Translations under genes and position numbers: made by a program
The notes under the pieces: generated by a model
Seen by the model: only the letters and a program-made list of their open reading frames with translations
Told to the model about the DNA's origin: nothing
Database searches by the model: none
In this document: piece by piece, positions 37,146-47,338 of the stretch
How positions within the stretch are numbered: the first letter of the stretch is position 1
Layout: each line of letters opens with the position of its first letter
Assembly (NCBI GenBank): GCA_025201805.1
Contig: MU619242.1
Location: forward strand, 8,764-56,101
Length of the DNA: 47,338 nt
From: Parasitella parasitica NRRL 2501
Taxonomy: Eukaryota > Fungi > Mucoromycota
Reading direction: 5' to 3'

Positions 37146-38042
37146 CAACGTTATTTTCCCACCATCAAACCAATAAAAAGTGTTTGTTTACAGCCTATAA
37201 TTTTTCCAGTTGCACAGAAAAATTCAGATGCCTCTGGAAGGACCTGTTTGACAGTTTTTAGTTTTATTTTCATCATGTACAATGAAATCTAGATGTACAT
37301 CATTTGATATCCAGGGCTCTGTCCTTATCTATCTCTGATTCTGATTAATTACGATAATCATAGCATGTCGTTTCATAAAGCAGCGTATCTCGATGAATTT
37401 TAAATTGCTATACCACATACATATTTCATTCTATATTATATAATTTGTATTAGATTGCCGATCTCGCTTCTTCCTTCTTCTTCATGGAATCTACCCTCCG
37501 AAACTTTGTTTTCACATATGATACATACAATGAAATGAAAAAATCTCACGTACATGGTACAAGGAGCGAACAAACATGGAATAAAATCAGCAACTAAAGA
37601 GCCTAATGTATACTTTACGTGTATCATGGTGCAGTTGGCGATTTTCTCCAGCTTCTCTTCATGGCGGTATTTCATAAATTCAGATGCCTTTCAGATGCCT
37701 TTTCAAAGGCACTTGCTATATTTATGCGATTGCATACAGCATTTTGGCGTGCAAAGCACTATACCGTATTCTCCGGGAATTGCCGGGCAAATAACAACAA
37801 ACCTGTTACAATAATGAACACAGAAAGGCGGGGATATCTAGAACTTTGTTTGGTAACATTAAAAGTTTAGTTCCTACCATGACTTCATGTGGAAGATCCA
37901 ATCAGTCCTTTATAATCGCACCTTTGACAGGGTTAGACTAACCAAAAATAAAAATATAAAAAAAAAATATAAAAGGAGCATTCCAGAGCATCCTTTTTAC
38001 CTATTCTTTTTCTTTACTTTTGTATATCAAATCACTGTTATA

Positions 38043-39883
38043 ATGGCCACTCCCACTCTTGCTCACTTCAAATTGCCTCAAATCGACAATGAGCCCATGG
38101 TAAATATACAAGTTCAATCGCCTTGAAAACTACTAACATGCATTAATCATTTTTACGCTACAGCTCAACTATGCGCCTGGTTCCGATGAACGTGTCAAGC
38201 TCGAAGCTGCCCTTAAAGACATGAAAGCTCAAGAGATTCCAGAAGTCCCCATCGTCATCAATGGTGAAAAGATCTACTCTGGAAAGGTTGCCCAACAACT
38301 AAACCCATCTGAGCACAAGTCTGTCATTGCCAAATATCACGAAGCCGATGCTGCCCTTACCCAAAAGGCCATTGATGGTTCTTTGGCTGCCAAGGCTGCT
38401 TGGGAATCCCTTCCTTTCAATGATCGTGTTGCCGTCTTCTTGAAGGCTGCTGACTTGCTGTCTAGCAAGTATAGGTAGGTTTTCTTTGTTAGTTTGTATG
38501 CATTATGTGTGCGTGCATTATCGTGTGTGTCTAATGCATGCGTTCCACACGGTTGCTCTTTTGTGGAACTTGAGCTAACTTTATTCTTGTTACTACAGAT
38601 ACGAGATGATGGCGGCTACCATGCTTGGTCAAGGTAAGAACATCTGGCAAGCCGAGATTGACGCTGCTGCCGAGCTCTGTGATTTCCTGCGCTTCAACTG
38701 CAAGTACGCAGAAGAGATTTACTCTCAACAGCCTCCCAAGAATGCCCCAGGTACCTGGAATCGTACTGAATTCCGTGGTCTCGAAGGCTTCGTCTTGGCT
38801 ATCTCACCCTTCAACTTTACTGCTATCGGTGGTAACTTACCTGCTGCCCCTGCTTTGATGGGCAATGTTGTTATCTGGAAGCCTTCTCCTAGCGCTGTCT
38901 ATTCCAACTACTTGTTCTATGAAATTTTGGTCGAGGCTGGTCTCCCCGCTGGTGTTGTCCAATTTGTTCCTGGACCTGCCGAAGAGATTTGCGGTCATGC
39001 TATTGCTAGCCCTGACTTTGCGTCTCTTCATTTCACTGGTTCCACTCATGTTTTCCGCAAGTTGTGGCAGCAAATCGGTAACAACATCAACTCTTACAAG
39101 AGCTATCCCCGTATCGTCGGTGAGACTGGTGGCAAGAACTATCATTTGCTGCATCCTAGCCTCGATGAATCTGGTGTTCATCACGCTGCTTTGCAAACCA
39201 TTCGCGGTGCCTTTGAATACCAAGGCCAAAAGTGCTCTGCTTGTTCTCGTGTTTACGTTCCTGCTTCCTTATTTAGCCAATTCAAGAAGGAATTGAAAGA
39301 GCAACATGCCAAGATCACTCAAGGTCCCGTTACTGAATTCCAACATTTCTCCGGCCCTGTCATCAACAAGTTTGCTTTTGATAAAATCAAGAGCTTCATT
39401 GATCATGCTGCAACTGATGACAACTGTGAAATCATTGCTGGTGGTAAGTGTGATGATTCTACCGGGTACTTTATTGAGCCTACTGTCATTGTTACCAAGG
39501 ACAAGTTCACAAAGACCATGGTTGATGAAATCTTTGGTCCCGTTGTCACCGTCTATGTTTACGAAGATGCCGATTTCGAAGATACCTGCAAACTTATTGG
39601 CGAGACCACTGAATACGGATTAACCGGTGCATTCTTTGCCAAGGACCGTGATTCAATTGTCAAGGGTTCGAACTTGTTGCGCAACACTGCTGGTAACTTC
39701 TACATCAACGACAAATGTACTGGTGCTGTTGTTGGTCAACAGCCCTTTGGTGGCGGGCGTGCATCTGGCACCAACGATAAGGCCGGTTCTTGGTCCCTTT
39801 TGGTTCGTTTCATCTCTACTCGTACTATCAAGGAAAGCTTCATTCCCATCCAGGATTTCGTCTATCCTTCCAACGCCATCTAA
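38043..39883 (+). CDS. PUT2: Delta-1-pyrroline-5-carboxylate dehydrogenase (ALDH4); 3 exons
   Basis: NEPM|LNYAPGS, MLGQGKNIWQAEIDAAAELCDF, ISPFNFTAIGGNL, GETGGKN, FEYQGQKCSACSR and GQQPFGGGRASGTNDKAG. Confidence 0.96.
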
Positions 39884-40175
39884 ATTTCTATATATTCCAT
39901 ACAAGTGATCTTGCGCTCCTCTAATCCTTACTCTTCTGGATGCCTCTTTCAATCTTAACTGTAAAAAACTAACCAACCTTGTTGTAAAAAATCAAAACTA
40001 TCTCATTTCAAAGGGTTTAGATCACTTTATTTTTATTTACTTTCATTATATATATTTTACAATTCGAGATTTTTTTGTATTTTTTATGGTCGGGGAAGAA
40101 CTTGTAAACAAGATTGCAAAGAGCCCTCGAAAGAGATCATAAATTGTAGCATATATATAAATAAAAACTGCCTTG

Positions 40176-40652
40176 CTATTGCTTCTTTAAAATATGCTGA
40201 TTTGGCTTTAAACATTCTTCTTCGACACCTGGAACAATATAAACTTCGATGCCTTCTTTTTCTAAAAGGCTAATACCCTCACAGTTGACCAGGTTAGGCG
40301 GCTCTCTAGCCCCAATAACGACGCGCTTTATTTTAGCTTCAATGATACGACTAGTACATGGCCGGTTTCCTGATAATCGACGTGAGCAAGGTTCCATTGT
40401 AGAATACATGGTTGCACCTTTGGTACTTTTGCCTGCGATCTTGGCCAATGCACACTCCTCTGCGTGGGTGTTACCTTCCAACTCGCGTGAAAACCCTCTA
40501 CTTAACACCTCTCCCTGGGCATCAACAAGCACTGCTCCAACACAGTAAGCTGCTGGTGCTGGAATAGATTTATAGGCTTCTTCAATCGATTGCTGCATGT
40601 ACTCCAAATCTTTGGCACCATTTGTATATGGTGTCCCATAAGGATCTATCAT
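40176..40652 (-). CDS. Zn-dependent cytidine-deaminase-fold protein, Rib2/DRAP-deaminase-like (riboflavin pathway)
   Basis: YCVGAVLV, GFSRELEGNTHAEECAL and YSTMEPCSRRLSGNRPC give HAE...PC..C. The start is uncertain (40652 or 40664). Confidence 0.8.
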   Translation of the reverse strand: MIDPYGTPYTNGAKDLEYMQQSIEEAYKSIPAPAAYCVGAVLVDAQGEVLSRGFSRELEGNTHAEECALAKIAGKSTKGATMYSTMEPCSRRLSGNRPCTSRIIEAKIKRVVIGAREPPNLVNCEGISLLEKEGIEVYIVPGVEEECLKPNQHILKKQ

Positions 40653-42655
40653 CTTTTGCAACATGTTTGCTAATGTGAGTAAAAAGACAGTTACTGTTTT
40701 CTTTTTCAGCTCCAACATCCCCTCCTTCAAGGCGCTTTCAGCTTGTCCAACCCAGAACTAAAATAATCTTAAACGTGCACAGCGATTAAAAAAACTTTAA
40801 ATCGCTTTTGATGCCGATATTGATGTGGGTTTTGTTTCGTAGTATATTCAAAGTTCTGATTCAACCTATAAAATCGATGATAGGAATAGATTTTGATTAG
40901 CCTGCGTTTCATCTCAAAACTTGAACACATTTTCTTTCACGATACATTAAGCTAAACTGCTTTTGGTTGTTCTTTTTTTTTTTTTGAGGTCTTTATGGTT
41001 TGAGCAAACTTATGGAAACATCCATCTACTATTTGTCATGAGATATATACAAATTGTACCAAAAAATGTTGCTATATCTTGTAATTTTCTTGCACATTTG
41101 CGGTATATAACTGAGCTACATAAAGTAAATCAATGTAAATATATCTTTGAAGACATTTATTGCTGTTTTCGTTTACTGCTTCCTTCAAGTTTGCTGCCAG
41201 ATTTTCTACTCTTTCATGAATCTGATAAATGTTGTTAGGGAACTAGCATTTGATCCACTGTTTATCAGATGCGGTAAATTCATTTGTCTCTTCCCTCCCT
41301 TTATATTTGATTTATTTCGCATCTGATATTCGCTGTTCTCAGTATTTGTTGTTGTACTATATATTTAGCAAAATAGCAAAATCAATAGATCATCAGTCAT
41401 AAACATCACGCATCGTTTCATTTTGAAAGTCTTAGAATTAAGACTGTTGTCTTGTGCATGATTTACGCAAGCCAAATAAAGCAGACAATACCTGTTGTTT
41501 ACAAAAAACTGTTACTTTCTTTAAAATGTAGGTTTTTTCAATCCATCTAGAGGAATCTGGACATAGATGTGTAAATTTACAATGTTACGATTTGATCCGT
41601 GTTAGCAGACCTGTTCGCTTCACGAGGCTGCTCAAGCCGTTCAATCTCACTAACGCGCATGCTTAATCATAGCGTCATAATTTTTTATTCCTGCGATGAT
41701 GTGAAAGTTTTATTACGTTTAAATCTTCAATAAAAACAACATTAGTTTCAGGTTCCTATAAGTTCTATTGAGTACACCGCTTATTCAACATTAGATATGC
41801 ATTTCATATCTTGGATTCAGTCGAATCTGATTCACACCTTACTGCACTAACTTTAGTATAAAAAACACACATATATGCCTATACCGTAATCACGGCGACG
41901 CAATCAAAAAGCTATCTGCAAAAGTGGTTAAAATAATAACAGCAGCAGTGAAAAAAAAAAAAGAAAGAATCTTTTGCTCTTCAATATTTAAATTTATCCT
42001 TCTTGCCATGATAAACTACCTCGTCTGCTGTCTGCAATAGAATGACAACACTATCAAAACTCGTAACTGTAGTGGGTCTAGAGCAAGCGTTGTTTGAGGT
42101 TAACACGTAAAAGCTATCCATGTGCTTAGTAGGCCAAGGGTGTCTTATAATATGGTGGACCGCCATGTAGTAATGATGTGAAGAATCATTATACGATGTT
42201 TCATTTTTCGTGATGAAGCCTCCAGGTTAGTGCAAACAGGCTTAGTTCTTAGCAGATATTGAAGTCTTGATAAAAATATCTTGTAACTCTTATTCTTATT
42301 GATTTATATCTAGTTATTACTACAATTAAAAACCAAATTAGTTTTTACAACTACAATTGATCTGTCACTTCTGATCAGCATTTCTCATAAGAGTTTTATT
42401 ACGATTAACTTGCATATCACGCATTGCTATCAAATTACTTACTAATCCAGTGATATCCATGCATATTGCATAGTAGGTAATGGCCCACATAGCAATTTTA
42501 GCCATTAGAAATGTCAACTTGACATTAACGTAATTCATCATCTTAGCCTTTTGCAACTAGATAATTGTACTTTATCCCAAATAAATTGAATTTGATAAAA
42601 AGCTACCTGTTGTTTCTATTTTAGGGCCACATATGTTAGACCTAACATATTTACA

Positions 42656-42889
42656 TGTGATGTGTCAATATTAAACAAACTTATCCTAAAGAGTAAAACA
42701 TAAGATCATAAAGCACTATATTATCAATATAAAACTGATCATGACATGACATTTGGGGTAGATACAATCTCGGATCTCATCATCATTAAACGTTTTTCCT
42801 CGCATTGTTTCTTACAGTTCCACGCAGAAAGTATATAAACCCTCTATTTTGAGTATAATAAGCGGATCTTTACCTGATTGAATTTTAAC
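42656..42889 (+). repeat. Solo-LTR-like dispersed repeat, copy B (diverged)
   Basis: Shares TGTGATGTGTCAAT, CATGACATG, TAGATACAATCT, AGTATATAAACC and GATCTTTACCTGATT in the same order with 263-536. Confidence 0.5.
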
Positions 42890-43496
42890 TAAGTTTTTCT
42901 CATAAATCAACAGGTACAGATCATCATATTCATTATTTTGGTAATTTATGGCAATTCTTTTACAATTAAGAAGAATAAGCTAAGACTTGTAATAATTGAA
43001 CCTCTTACAAGTTATTAGGCTTATTCAAAAAGGATTTCACGAAGATCAGATCGCGGGACGTCAGTGAGACATCTTGTCCACATCTTCTCGATAGCGCAAA
43101 ATAGGAGAATAGGTCTGTCCTGAAAATGCTGTGATTTAATAACATTTTGACACTTCTTGTCAAAAATCAAATGGTATGTGGATAAACATTGATTAAGACA
43201 TAGTTTAGTATAAATAGAGATCATGTCTTATGTTAATGAAAGTCTTTAGTTTGTATCTGGTTTCATTTTCAGATGAAGTATTTTTCACTATTTTCTATAA
43301 CATTATTTATACAACATTTACTGCGCCCTTTACACTGACACAACACTACTAATGATAAAACTAGTAAAAAAAGCTACAAGGAAAAACAGCACTCTAAAAG
43401 GTACGCCCTAATTCTGAGAAATTTTTGTCAAGGCAACATAAAAATGTTGCGAACGATCTATGCACACTGCCACGTTGAGATTAGTGCGAAAATAAT

Positions 43497-43567
43497 TGCG
43501 CGATCGGGGAATCGAACCCCGGCCCTTCGCGTGGCAGGCGAAGATTATACCACTTAACCAACCGCGC
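43497..43567 (-). tRNA. tRNA-Gly (GCC), intronless
   Basis: GCGCGGT/ATCGCGC acceptor stem, anticodon arm TTCGC-CTGCCAC-GCGAA, T arm CGGGG-TTCGATT-CCCCG, and a TTTT terminator just downstream. Confidence 0.97.
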
Positions 43568-43730
43568 ACCTTTCTTTCACTTTTCCAATTTTTTATTACG
43601 TTTTGACCTCAAAATTCAGGTACACGTGATATTAATATTAGACTAGGAAATCCACAGCAGTTAAACAGCAAAGCAAAAACCATAAATCGATTATACATTA
43701 AGTGTTAATAACTTGAAGTATACTCGGTAT

Positions 43731-46700
43731 TCATTTCAGTACGATTGATCAAATATTTACCTGTGTTGTTGAAACCCCCAAACAAACAACAAATATTTTT
43801 TCACTCGCAAAATCAACAGTTAGTGAACCGAACATGGAGCCTGAATCTTCCACTCTTATGTCGCAATACGACTTGCAGACATTAGTTTTTAACATGCAGA
43901 AGGATATTTCTGCCCACCGTACCGCCTTGGAAGAGTTGAATGCTCTTAAAAATACTGTTTTGGACCTGAAAAACAAAAATTTTTCTTTGACCCAAGAAAA
44001 TGCCAGTCTTCGTCAACAGATTGCCGATCTTACTGCTCCCTCTTCAGCTGTCAAACGTAACCCAGCTCCTACTGCATCCAATCAGCAATCGCAGCCCAGC
44101 AAGGCAGTATCTGGCGCCCCCAAGACCACCTCCACTTGGACTGAAGTTGTCCAGAAGAAGCCCAGATCAAGGAAGATCAAAGCTCCCTCTGAAGTATCCG
44201 ACAAGCACCGTCAGGCCATTACTCGTGGCTTCAATGCCCAAGCAGACGGACCTAAAGGCTATGAATGCCTTTACATTAACCGTTCTCGCCGCTTCACCAG
44301 AACTGAAGTTCGCAACAATTTGCATCTTATTGGTGCAGAGGCATCCCGCATCATTGATGTTACCTTCCCTGCTCGAAACATTATTGGCATCCTGATCCAT
44401 GTACAATACAAGGAAACTCTTCTGGACCTGCTGGCCAAGAACAAAGTCGCTGTTGTTGCCAACTTTGACCCTGTTGACCCGCAGCATGTTGCTGACCCCA
44501 AGTTCCGTGAGCTCCCAACCTCAAAGCGCGAGGACATTGCCTTTGAGTTGCAGATCAAACGCTGCACGCAATCCCTGCGCTACCTGGCCTCTCGCCGTTC
44601 CCGTCTCTTTGCTTCTGTCGCAGCTTACTTTCAGTCTGCAGGTTGGATTACCTCTGAAGACATTGAAGCCCTGGCTCCTGAGGAGGGTCTCTTTGGCTAC
44701 CGTCGCCCCGTGGATGGCGACGCTGCCATGCATGACTCCGAAGTGGAAATGTTATAATGATAGAGTGTGAACTCAATCATTATAACCCAACCACGTCTCC
44801 CAACATCACTGCTACAACTACTACTAATATAAATACACTCCTTAACAATAATCCTATAACACCTCCCGGCCTCTCGGCCACCGTCATTAATAGCGTCTCC
44901 CTCACTCCACTCACAATTGGTCTCTGGAACGCTCGCGGTCTTAGAGACACAACAATTGATGATGTCCTCCGATACTGCCAATCCTTTTCAGTTCTCTTTA
45001 TTACGGAAACATGGCTACATCGTCTTCCGGTCCATATACCCACAACCTGGCAGCAACTCCACTTGCCTGGAATTCCTGTCGCTGGTGGCGGTCGAGGCTC
45101 AAGAGGCATTTCTTGCCTGATCAACCCCTCTTGCCCTCTTACCGCGTTCCAAACACCTCTGCCCTCTGCCTTGCAGGAATTCGCACTTGGGATTCAACTG
45201 GGTCGTGAGCTTCGGCTCATCTGCTTGTATATACCGCCTGAACAGGCTGGTCTTTATACAGCCGAGGTCTCTGCTATCTTGAATGCGATCCCTCTGGATC
45301 ACGATACTATTATCTGCGGCGATCTTAACGCTAGAATGGGTGCATTTGTTGGTGATTATGCCACCAATTCCCGTGGCAACCTTTTGCAAGAATACTGTGC
45401 TGACAACGAGTTAAATGTTCTGAACTGCCAGTTAGCCCACGGCACACCTACTCTAGAGGATCGTCGTCGTGGGCAGAATGTAAGTAGCATTGTCGATTAC
45501 TACATCACGAATGTAGCGCCATTGGCTTCTGCCCCTCTGGATACCTCATCTCCATCTTTTTCATCCCCAACAATTAGTGTTTACTCTGACTTGTCTTTGG
45601 GATCTGATCATAAACTAATGTCTCTGACATTTGAATACCCTTCTGATACTGCTGCCTCCCCACCACCATCCTCATCTCCTCGTCGTCTTTGGAAACTCTC
45701 ACGTTTACAGGATACAGATGTCCGCAATTTGTTTGCAAGCAAGTTTGCGTCTCTCTCCAAACCTCTGCTGGACCAACTCATTTCTCTCGTACGATTTCCC
45801 CCTGCTTCTCGTCCGTCCATTGACGATTTAAATACTGAGCTCAACAACTGTATTTATGAAGCACTGGATGCATCTGTCACTCGCCAGCATGAACGTCCCT
45901 CTGTGTGGAAAAAGTTCTGGACTCCTGAACTACAACGACTTGCAGATAAACGAGAATCGATGTACCGCAGATATCGTCGCTGTCCCTCGTCTTTGGATAA
46001 GACATATTGGTATAATCAACATTTGGTAGCACATCAAAAGTTTAGACAAGCTCTTCGACGAGCTAAACAAGTTTCCTGGCATGCATTTTGNNNNNNNNNN
46101 NNNNNNNNNNNNNNNNNNNNNNNNNNNNNNNNNNNNNNNNNNNNNNNNNNNNNNNNNNNNNNNNNNNNNNNNNNNNNNNNNNNNNNNNNNNNNNNNNNNN
46201 NNNNNNNNNNNNNNNNNNNNNNNNNNNNNNNNNNNNNNNNNNNNNNNNNNNNNNNNNNNNNNNNNNNNNNNNNNNNNNNNNNNNNNNNNNNNNNNNNNNN
46301 NNNNNNNNNNNNNNNNNNNNNNNNNNNNNNNNNNNNNNNNNNNNNNNNNNNNNNNNNNNNNNNNNNNNNNNNNNNNNNNNNNNNNNNNNNNNNNNNNNNN
46401 NNNNNNNNNNNNNNNNNNNNNNNNNNNNNNNNNNNNNNNNNNNNNNNNNNGATTCAGCTACTGGTGGCACTCGCTTGGCAAGCGGTGCAATTAGTACCTT
46501 GAATCCTAATGCGCGTCCTTTTGTTCCTTACCTTGCTCCTCTCGCGTCCGCTGACTCTGATTCTTCTGCTCGTATTGTATCTGCTTCTGTCCATGATGCT
46601 GCCTTTGATGATATTATTAGTATCGATAATATTATTGAAAAGATCAAGTTACTCCCAAGAAGAAAAGCACCCGGTAGAGACTCTATCCGTGGAGAGATGC

Positions 46701-47250
46701 TTGTTCCTATTCAAAAGCCGCTAGCACAAATCCTGTCATACATGTTTGCCCTAACATATCAGTGGTCTTACACACCATCTGATTGGCGACATGGCAATGT
46801 TTGCAGTATCTACAAGAAAGGACCTGTTACCGAGGCTTCTAGCTTCCGGCCAATTTCACTGACTAGTACTCTTAGGAAACTCTTTGAATTGTGCCTTGCT
46901 CCCCTTGTTCTTGACATTTCTCCTGCAATTGACGTAGCTCAAAATGGATTCCGAACTTCACGAAGTGCCCTTGACAGTGCCCTTAGCTTGCAGGATTTGA
47001 TGAAAGACTACCAGCGTCAGCATTACCACTGGCCCACGGTATGTTTTTTGGACATTAAAAGTGCATACGACGTTGTCGATAGGCGTGTGATCTGGCAGTC
47101 CATGCTATCGGCCAATGCTCCAATACCAGTTGTTTCCTTGCTCTCAAATCTGTTTGATGATGTGTCGATCTCGGTTCTGAACCAAAACTGCGTATCTGAT
47201 GAACTTTCCCTTGGCACCGGATTGCTTCAAGGATCCAGTTTGAGTCCACA
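43731..47250 (+). mobile_element. Two-ORF non-LTR retrotransposon (LINE), RT interrupted at its 3' end
   Basis: ORF1 plus APE-RT ORF2. The 5' end is placed approximately at the Inr-like TCATTTCAGT (43731-43740). Confidence 0.88.
43834..44757 (+). CDS. LINE ORF1 (coiled coil plus putative RRM-like domain)
   Basis: Heptad region LEELNALKNTVLDLKNKNFSLTQENASLRQQIADL, basic linker WTEVVQKKPRSRK, and conserved-looking YINRSRRFTRTEVR...RIIDVTFPARNIIGILIH. It lies directly upstream of the APE-RT ORF. Confidence 0.8.
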   Translation: MEPESSTLMSQYDLQTLVFNMQKDISAHRTALEELNALKNTVLDLKNKNFSLTQENASLRQQIADLTAPSSAVKRNPAPTASNQQSQPSKAVSGAPKTTSTWTEVVQKKPRSRKIKAPSEVSDKHRQAITRGFNAQADGPKGYECLYINRSRRFTRTEVRNNLHLIGAEASRIIDVTFPARNIIGILIHVQYKETLLDLLAKNKVAVVANFDPVDPQHVADPKFRELPTSKREDIAFELQIKRCTQSLRYLASRRSRLFASVAAYFQSAGWITSEDIEALAPEEGLFGYRRPVDGDAAMHDSEVEML

Positions 47251-47281
47251 TCCACTATGGCCTCCTGGATGTTCTCGGTGA
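44757..47281 (+). CDS. LINE ORF2: AP endonuclease + reverse transcriptase (N gap 46091-46450; ends before YADD)
   Basis: APE motifs LWNARGL, ITETW, LYIPP, CGDLNAR, SIVDY and SDH. RT motifs KAPGRD, IYKKG, FRPISL, QNGFR, FLDIKSAYD and GLLQGSSLSP. Confidence 0.9.
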
Positions 47282-47338
47282 ACACAAATGTGCTTAAAAG
47301 GGAACATTATTAGGGTCATGGGAGCATTTATGTGCTTG

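Noticed and set aside
38560-38580. TPP riboswitch in PUT2 intron (GAACTTGA)
   Set aside because: No CUGAGA or GAUAAU/AGCG elements, and the gene is unrelated to thiamine.

Overview
Gene-dense eukaryotic DNA from an early-diverging fungus, most likely Mucorales. This rests on short (about 50-75 nt) GT-AG introns with CTAAC/CTAAT branch sites, AT-rich intergenic DNA and a Mucorales-type LINE ORF1. In order, the window holds: a Ppn2-like metallophosphoesterase, AP-1 mu subunit, an F-box/LRR protein, an ARMH3/DUF1741 protein, isocitrate lyase, Rac GTPase, INO80, SAM synthetase, RPB7, a MARCH5-like RING-CH ligase, RPN13, a decayed Crypton (tyrosine recombinase + GCR1_C) interrupted by a degenerate ~60-bp repeat array, a 4-exon small secreted protein missed by the ORF track, ATG9, PUT2, a Rib2-type deaminase, tRNA-Gly(GCC), and a two-ORF non-LTR retrotransposon lying head-to-head with the tRNA. 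Two diverged solo-LTR-like copies sit near the ends of the window. The best leads are: (1) the LINE combines a TAATG stop-start ORF1/ORF2 junction, a PAM2 (PABP-binding) motif in the ORF2 linker, and a position just upstream of a tRNA; (2) the SAM synthetase gene has a box C/D-capped hairpin in its last coding intron, a probable 3'UTR intron and 3'UTR hairpins, suggesting post-transcriptional SAM feedback; (3) Rac has a TAATG-coupled uORF. All gene models and RNA folds were derived by eye, without database searches.
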